A stretch of 64,000 nucleotides of DNA from Eledone cirrhosa (Eukaryota), in contig OZ024741.1 of the NCBI GenBank assembly GCA_964016885.1, positions 409,572,001 through 409,636,000 on the forward strand. Reading direction: 5' to 3'. The first letter of the stretch is position 1. Each line of letters starts with the position of its first letter. Shown here one piece after another: positions 55,951-64,000 of this stretch. The position numbers were made by a program, and so were the translations under genes. Under the pieces are notes generated by a model. It ran no database searches, was not told the DNA's origin, and saw nothing but the letters and a program-made list of their open reading frames with translations.

Positions 55951-57305
55951 GAAGTGTGTGGGAACAGAGTTCAAAAGGTGTGTAGGGGAGTGGTGGAGAG
56001 ACATATAGCGAAAGGAAACGGTGCGAATGAAAAATTAACAAATAAAGACAAAAAATATAAAAAATAAAAATAAAGCATGATCAAAATACAAGGAATGAGA
56101 AAATTTAATAATAAAGGCATGATCAAAATAAACTGAAATTAAAAGGGGGGTAAACAGGTAGTGGAAGGGTGTGGGGTGAGTAGGGGTGGTGGCGGGTGGA
56201 GTGGGGAGAGGGAGACGGGTGTCTGAGCGGGGAGGGCTGAAGGTGTGCATGTGTGTGTGTGTGTGTATGTGAAAGTGAGGGTTGGGGGAAGAACGGGGTT
56301 GCATGTTCAGGAAGAGGTGTGTGTGGGGGGTGTTTATGTGGGTCGGAGTGTCTGTGCGTGTGTGGATAGGGGGGTGGGGGGAGAGGAATCAGGAGGCTGA
56401 GGGTGTAAATATGTGGTGGGAAGCACGCGTGTGTGGGGTTTAAGCGTGTTGTGGGTGTGGGTGGCGTGTGGAGAAAAACATTTTTTTTAGGGTGTGTGTG
56501 TGTGGGTGAGTTATATAGGTGATGATGTAAGAGGATGGTTGAAAAGTTGGTAAGTTCCAAGGATGTTTAGTGGATTGGTTGTAAGTCAATTTCTGCGTGT
56601 GGGTAATCCATGAAGCGGTGGTCGGAAGAGGAGAGATGTGGGGTGCGCGCGCAACAGGAAGTGGTCAGCAGTGGGAGTGCTGTGGTCAGTTGGTGCTGGG
56701 AGGTGGTCAGAAGGGCATAGCAGCAGTCGGTGGAATGGTAGGGAGGCGAGGATGGGTAGGTGTGAGAGTTGGAGTGAGGAGGGTGTGTGTGTGTGTGTGT
56801 ATTAGTAGGGGTGTTAGTGGGATGAGTGAGTGTGGAGCGGGGGTGTGGGTGGAGCGGGGAGAGAAGGGTGTGTGTGGTTCTATGGAGGGAGTGTGGTGTA
56901 CTGGTGTGTGTGTAGTTTGGTGAAGAGGTGTTAGTGGGTGTTAGTATACAGGAGGTGGGGAGGGGTGGAATGCAGGTGTGAGTAGGGGTTAGTGGTGGTA
57001 GGGTGTGTAGAGTTGGTGGTGTACGAGGGTGTGTGGGTACGTGTGCGTGGGGTTGGGAGGTGTTAGTGATGTTAGTTGCGTGTGGGGTGGGTGGTGTAAG
57101 TGGGTGCGTGTGTGCGTGTGATAAGGAGAGGGGAGGAGGAGAAGAGGGGAGGGAAGGGATGTTAGTATGTTAGTTGGGGAAGGGTGGTCAGATGAGGGGT
57201 GGAGTGGAGGTGTTAGTATTGTTAGTGTGGGGTGGGCGGTGAAAAGGAGGGGTGTGTTAGTGGTGTTAGTGGGGATAAGTGTGGGGGGAGGGGGACGGTC
57301 GAACG

Positions 57306-58595
57306 CTAAAGGAATAAGGGTGGGGAGTTCAGGCCGGGGGGAGTGTGGGTCTGTAAGATGAAGATAGTTCGTTGTTCGACCGTGAGGCGATGGGCGGGTG
57401 TTCCGTGGCACTGGAGTAGGCCACAGACTGTGAGATGGTGTGCGGAGTGTCCAGGGCCACCAAAGTGGCGGGCGATGGGGGAACTGCCCACGAGACGAAT
57501 GTCCCGGAGGTGCTCCGTGACTCGGTCTGCCAGGTGACATCCCGTCTGTCCGACATAAGTCGCGCTGCACCTCGTGCAACGAAGTCCGTAGACTAGGTTG
57601 GAGGAGGTGCAGCGGAAGGCATGCTGGACCGAGAGAGAGTGGCCGTTGGGACCATGGAAGGTGGTGGTGTTGGTGATGTGGGGACAGGTGTTGCAGCGGG
57701 GCCTAGAACAGGGGAAGGAACCGGGGGGGGGGGAACAGAGCGTGGGTTGGGGGGTAGGGAGCTGTGGACGAGGAGGGTGCGGAGATTGCGTGCGCGTTTG
57801 AAGAAGGGGAGTGGTGGGGTTGGGAAGATGTGGGAGGTGGAGGGGTCGGACTGGAGGCGTCGGAAGAGGCGGCGGATGGTGCGGTGGAGGGGTAAGGTGA
57901 TGGAGAAGGGGAGACGGTGGGTGGGTGTGCGGTGGCGTGGAGTGAGGGTGGTGGAGCGGGGGATAGCACGGGCGCGGGTGAGAGCGGTGTGGACGAGAGA
58001 GGGGGGGGTAACCTCTGCGGATGAAATGGCTGACTAGGGAAAGGGCCTGGGACTCAAAGTCAGCATCTCGGCTACAGAGGCGGCGGATCCTGAGGAGTTG
58101 GGAGTAGGGAATGGAGTGTTTAGTGTGGGTGGGGTGGGAAGAGGTGAAGTCGAGGTAAGAGTGGGAGTCGGTGGGTTTGAAGAAGGCGGAGGTGACGAGG
58201 GAGTGGTGGGAGGGGTCGAAGGCGACGGAGATGTCTAAGAAGTGGACGTGGGTGGTGGAGATAGAGGTGGTGAAGTGGAGGGAGGGGTGGAAGGAGCAGA
58301 AGAAGGAGAGAAAGGAGTCGAGCTGTACTCGGGTGAGGGTCGTGGCTCCGATACAGTCGTCAATGTAACGACCGTACAGTTCGGGCGTGGGGCCGGTGTA
58401 CTGGGCAAAGATTTGGGCCTCAACATGGCCAACAAAAAGGTTGGCATAGTTCGGGCCCATTCTTGTGCCCATGGCTACCCCCGTGACCTGTTGGTAAAAC
58501 TCACCCGAGAAGGAGAAACAATTTAGGGTGAGGACCAGCTCGGCGAGGCGAAGGAGGGTGGGAGTGGAGGGAATGGGGGAGGGGCGAAGGTCGAG
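57306..58595 (-). pseudogene. PLE RT plus GIY-YIG ORF with probable compensating frameshifts
   Basis: GVAMGTRMGPNYANLF, RYIDD, KPTD..SSHP, CSRPRCNTC, NLVY..CTRC..YVGQT; Pro/His-rich stretch between poly-G runs at ~58005 and ~57728. Confidence 0.88.
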
Positions 58596-59715
58596 ATACA
58601 TATATATATATATTGTTGTGAACTCCCCTCAAGCCACAGGGAACAACCCAGGCGGAGCAGACACCATGATAGCCTAGAGATAGAATCGGACACAGCCATA
58701 ATAATTTGGCCAACATCTATAACACAAACACTTTTAATTTACCAGATTTCTGACCTTAAAGTTCCAATCTTAAATCTTGATTTCTCTTTATTAATTTGTT
58801 ATTTTTTTTCTGCCCTCTTCACTGTATAACCGTATATTTATTTTAAGTTGAGATGGATTATAACACAAACACATTTAGTTTGAATATCTCATCTTAACAT
58901 CTTGTCTCATACCAATCTATCCAACATATTCTGACCTTGAGATTGGTTATAGCACACACACACACACACTTTATCCTACATTATTTCTCACTTCTCCATA
59001 TACATTATCATTACTTTTTCACCAATCTCTCATTTATTCTTTATTCTCTATTTATTTATTTATTTTCAAATTACACAAATTATATTAATTATTTTATTAT
59101 ATTATTTATTTATTTTCTGTTTTCTTCATTTATTGCCTTATATTTCATATACATGGAAGAGCCCCCCCCCCCCCCCACCACCACCACCACCACTACGATG
59201 GTGGCAGGAGGGATGAAGAAAAAAAGGAAAAAACACAAACTGGATACTTCTAAATTGTTAGTAGCAGCAAGATATAAGCTGACCACGACACCAACAACAG
59301 TACCAAAATAATGGTGGAGGTCAAATGTACTGAACAATGGCAGGCAAAAACACTACAGGGAGCCTCACCCCAGAAAGAATTCTATAGACTTCTGACTGAG
59401 GAATGCTCTCAGAACTGAACAATGGGAAGTTTGACACTTTTCTTGTTACTTTGTTCCTTTAACACCTTGTCCCTTCTACCATTTTATCAATTTTTAAGCT
59501 AACTCCAACAATAACAACACTTAGAATGAGGAATGTTCTCACAACTGACCAATGAGAGGAGAAGGGGACCTTTGACATTGAAATTCGTGTTTGAATTCAT
59601 ATGACTCCAGTCCCTCAGTGAATTAACAACCAAACAAGGAACTGGGCATATCAGAGTATTGACAAAATTATACACCTCAACAACATATATACTTATCTAT
59701 ACCATACTAATTCGG

Positions 59716-59770
59716 ACTGCCTGAAGAGGTCACAGCCAAAGATGGCTGTCACTGAAATATATATAGCAGT
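59716..59770 (+). ncRNA. Minimal type I hammerhead
   Basis: actgc-CTGAAGA-acagcca/aaga/tggctgt-GAAA-tatata-TA-gcagt, then AATAAA. Confidence 0.82.
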
Positions 59771-59814
59771 AATAAACGAAGCTAAATTTTAATCATTTGA
59801 CTTTTATTTAACTT

Positions 59815-59883
<69 letters not shown>

Positions 59884-60424
59884 TATACACATATATATAC
59901 ACATATATATATATACATATAAAGGGAATTGGTCACAGGGTTATTTACTTTGGTAAACGCCACTGCAAGCCAACCACTAATTAAATTCGATACAGATATA
60001 ATAAGGTTAACAAACTTACTCGTGAGTGAACTGACCGAGAGCCGGTCGCCAAATAATCAGCATGGTAAATTAAATGTTATTAAGACACAAGTAACATAAT
60101 AATGATGTCAACAGCAGAAATTAGAGATGAAATGTATGTTTATTTTTGTTGTAGCACAAATAATGTTGGTTAACTTGTATGGTTGAAGTTACACATAAAA
60201 ATGAGGTTACAAAAGGGAATGTGTCATTGCGCCGGAAAGTCGGCAGGTTAAGGTGCAAAATCTCACCATCACATGTACGTGTTGCTGGTTCAAAGTCCCA
60301 GGTGTGAGAGAGAGATTTTCTTCAAATCTTCGCGGGTAATTTCTCTCTCAGGATGCGTAGGGATACATCCTCTTCTGCTGGCGCTGATTGGCTGAGCTGA
60401 GTCAAATCACGCACAGAGAATGCA

Positions 60425-63400
60425 TGTTGATGGTGGGGGGGGGGGGAGAAATAGGCGTATGTGGCAAAGAAAAAGAAGGGGCATTTGAGTTTCAAGTGTC
60501 ATTGTGTCATTGTCCAGGTTTGCTCGTTTGAGACGATCAACGGAAACCGTTTCCTTGGAACCCCGAATGTCCAGTATGAAATGTTTGTCTGTGCGAGCAA
60601 GCACACGATAGGGTCCAGAGTACGGCCGTTGAAGAGGGGGTTGCACGGCGTCGTCTCTAACGAACACATGGGTCCACAAGGCAATATCCCTTGGGACGGC
60701 AGTTTTTACAATCTGCTTCCTAGTGCCCATCGGTGGTAGATCCTTGAAATAAGAGTGAAGCCGGGACACGTAGGAAGCGGGGTCCTGCGAAGTCAGGTCA
60801 AAAGGGGCCAGCATTTGCCCCGGTAACGCCAGAGGAGTACCATAAACTAATTCGGCAGAGGAGAACCCAAGGTCCACCTTTACCGTCAAACGAATACCCA
60901 ACAACACAATAGGTAGGTACTCGCTCCAACGTGAAGAGTCCATAGAAGCCCTTAAGGAGGCTTTGAGCTGCCTGTGGAATCTTTCCACCATTCCGTTTGA
61001 GACTGGGTGGTAAGCCGTGGTTCTTATTCGAGTGGCGCCAATAATTTGTGTTAATTCACGGAAGAGGTTCGATTCAAATTGACGACCGTAGTCTGTTTCA
61101 GCAGTGATATCTGTCATAGGGACGGCTTCAGGTCAACGCGAAAAACGGTCAACGATCGTCAAAATATACGAATAACCACAACTAATCGGCCACGGGCCGA
61201 CGATGTTCACATGAATGTGACGAAATCTGGCATCAGGACAGGTGAAAGTTCCGAGAGGAGTTTTAACGTGCTTATAAACTTTTGACTTTTGGCAAGCGAC
61301 ACAGGAACGGCACCAAGCAGCAATGTCACGTCTCATATCAGGCCAGAAAAATCTGGCTGTTATGAGTTTTACTGAGGCTGATACTCCAGGGTGAGAAATG
61401 CCATGTAAAGCAAGAAACACAGTTCGTCGATGTTCCACTGGGACTAGGAGTCCAACGAAACATCACACAGTATTTGTCCGTCAGCCGTTGAGATCGGAAT
61501 GTATTTCAGTTTGCAATGTACAAACTCTGGCGATGTAACATCCAACGATTCGAGAGTGGGTTGGGCAGCTGCCATTCGATGTAAATCTATCTCCTCGGAA
61601 GACAAAATCGATGCGATCGGCAGGCGAGACAGCGCATCGGCCGCTGTATTCAAAGAACCCGGAATATGTTGAATGTCGTTCGTGAACTGTGAGATGAAGT
61701 CCAGATGTCTCGTTTCTCTGGGCGAGTATTTGTCTGCTTTAGTTCGAAGAGCAAACGTCAAGGGTTTATGATCAGTGAAAATAGTGAACATTCTACCTTC
61801 AAGTACATGAGCAAAATGTTTCACTGATAAATAAATTGCTAATAGCTCCCTTCCAAAGGTGCTATAGCGAGTTTCGGCAGGCTTTAACTTCCTCGAAAAG
61901 AACTCGAGTGGTTGCTGTACCCCATCACACTTCTGCTGTAAGACTGCGCCCACGGTGCTATCCGAAGCATCAACACAGAGCGACAGCTCGGCGTTGGGCA
62001 TGGGGTGGGCGAGCAAAGATGCAGTCGCTAAGGCTTTGTTCACTTTCTCAAAATCCGCCAGGTGCGTTGCATTTAATGAAATGTTCATATTCTTCTGTCG
62101 GCAGTTTTTAAAAATTTCTGTCAACGAGGACAGTAAGCCGGAACAATTAGGCACGAATCGCCTATAAAAATTCACAAGGCCCAAGAATTGCCGTAATTGT
62201 CGAAGCGAACTTGGCGGAGGCAAATCCAAAATTGCCTCAACTTTTTCCGGAAGGGGCCGAATACCATCAGCATCAATAAGATGGCCCAAAAATGTTAGCG
62301 ATGTCGAGCCGAAAACACACTTAGCAGCATTAACAAGAACATTATATTTCTGTAAACTCCGAAATAAGATATCCAGATGTTTGGAATGTTGTTCAGGAGA
62401 AGAACTAGCAATCAGTACATCATCGATATACGTGTAAACAAAATCGAGACCACGAGTTACATCATCCATGAATCGTTGGAAAGTACTTGCAGCATTTCTA
62501 AGTCCGAAAGGAATAGTGAGGAACTCGAATGATCCGAAAGGAGTGGCAATAGCAGTCTTTGGGATATCCTCCTTGTTAACCGGAATTTGATTATAAGCGT
62601 GGATCAAATCAAGCTTAGAAAAGATTCTGCAACCCTGCAATGACGATGCAAAATCCTGTAAATGCGGGATTGGATAACGGTCAGGCACAGTAATCGCGTT
62701 TAAGCGTCGGTAGTCACCCGTCGGTCTCCAATTCCCAGAAGATCTAGGTACCATATGTAGAGGCGATGCCCAAGGACTTGTGGAGCGCCGAATTATTCCT
62801 AATTCCAGCATGCGGTCGAATTCAAGACGTGCAGCTTTCAACTTCTCTGCAGATAATCTTCGAGGACGTGAGAAAACAGGTGGACCTGTAGTGGATATAA
62901 AATGTTCAATCACATGATCGGGACTAGCAATTCGTAATCTTCCTTGCGTCAGCTGTGGGAATGATTTTAACAAACTGTGATACTGGTTGCCCACTTCAGC
63001 CAAGAAAAAAGCAGGGCTTACTGTGGCGATCTCCGGCTTTGAACCCTTGAACGATAGGCCTGTATTAGCATCAAAAAGTCGTTGTCTGCGGATGTCAATC
63101 GACAAGGAAAAATGGTGGAGGAAATCCGCTCCCAAAATGGCGTATGGCAAGTCGGCAATAGTAAACTTCCACTTCAATTCACGACGCAAATTTTTAAACC
63201 GAAAAGGAAGCGAAATTTGCCCGTACGTTCGAATGGCCGTGTTGTTGATTGCTCGTGAATTGATATTTGGTTCAGATGGGTTTTTTTAAGATAACTGACT
63301 GGCCAAATACTCAGCGACGTGCCAGTGTCGACAACAAAAAATTTTTTTGACTGCAGATCGTACACAAAAAGATGACGGTTTGGTCGACTTTCCCAGAGTT

Positions 63401-64000
63401 CACTAGCCGCCCCTAGTGACTCTGATTGGCGTTTTCCGAACTCCTATAGTTGCAAGGCGCCCGACAGCGCTGCGCCCGACTGCCAAAGTTAACATGATAC
63501 CAACAAATCGAAGAATTACTGCTGCCTGAAGTGTAGTGTTGGCGATGAATAGAGGACGGCGGCGAACGATACCTCAAACGTTGAGAAAGCTCTCTGTGAT
63601 GTACCGTCAAATCTTCTACCTTTTTGGTGAGAGCTTCAATCAACTCCAACAGTTTGCTGTCGGCCACAGAAGAATTGCGTGGGGGGACGCAAGCTGAAGC
63701 CACATAAGGATTATGCCGATTGCTGTTCGAGTCCACCTCAAGTATTCTATCCGCGGACGCGGCAAGTTGCTCTAACGACTCCCTCTCCAAACTATTAACC
63801 AAAATCCTTTGCGCACTTGGCGGTAGACGTGAGAAAAAGAGCTTCTTTAAGAAGGGGGTGTCAATCCCCTGGGAGTCGCTCAACTCCCGCAACTCCCGCA
63901 AATAGGAGCTCGGCTTCCTGTCACCCATTTGAGCATCGTCCAACAACTCCTGAAAACGGCTCTCTACCGACTTGGTATTTCTCCGAAGAATTTCGTTTTT
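60425..64000 (-). mobile_element. pol: Second, decayed copy of the Gypsy family (gag-pol), running off the window edge
   Basis: Homologous to ~3224-6892; frameshifts near 63290 and 61444, stop at 61133, deletion in the integrase near 61095. Confidence 0.94.

Larger units (their letters stand above)
55830..58595 (-). mobile_element. Penelope-like element (Neptune-like, inferred), 5'-truncated
   Basis: ORF, long C-rich 3' UTR, terminal hammerhead and AATAAA. Confidence 0.85.

Overview
Repeat-saturated, AT-rich animal DNA; the SINE, RTE and Penelope families and the (TA)n tracts suggest a cephalopod or other mollusc (inference). The only host gene I can support is a minus-strand heparanase-like (GH79) gene, seen as three phase-compatible exons (22192-21992, 16982-16868, 13870-13755); the rest of the window appears intronic. 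It holds two copies of a Ty3/Gypsy family, several RTE fragments, one CR1-like fragment, a non-autonomous Helitron, tRNA-derived SINEs, several Penelope-like elements (PLEs) with inverted pseudo-LTRs, and several minisatellites. The main hidden signal is RNA structure. A near-perfect 310-bp tandem array (35266-42829; about 19 units plus about 5 inverted units) carries a type I hammerhead ribozyme in every unit, which fits a non-LTR retrozyme. About 15 further hammerhead motifs, including recurring U4A and U4C core variants, lie in PLE-derived DNA. Most long ORFs in the track (YIY-, HP-rich) are repeat artefacts. All folding was done by eye and no databases were searched.
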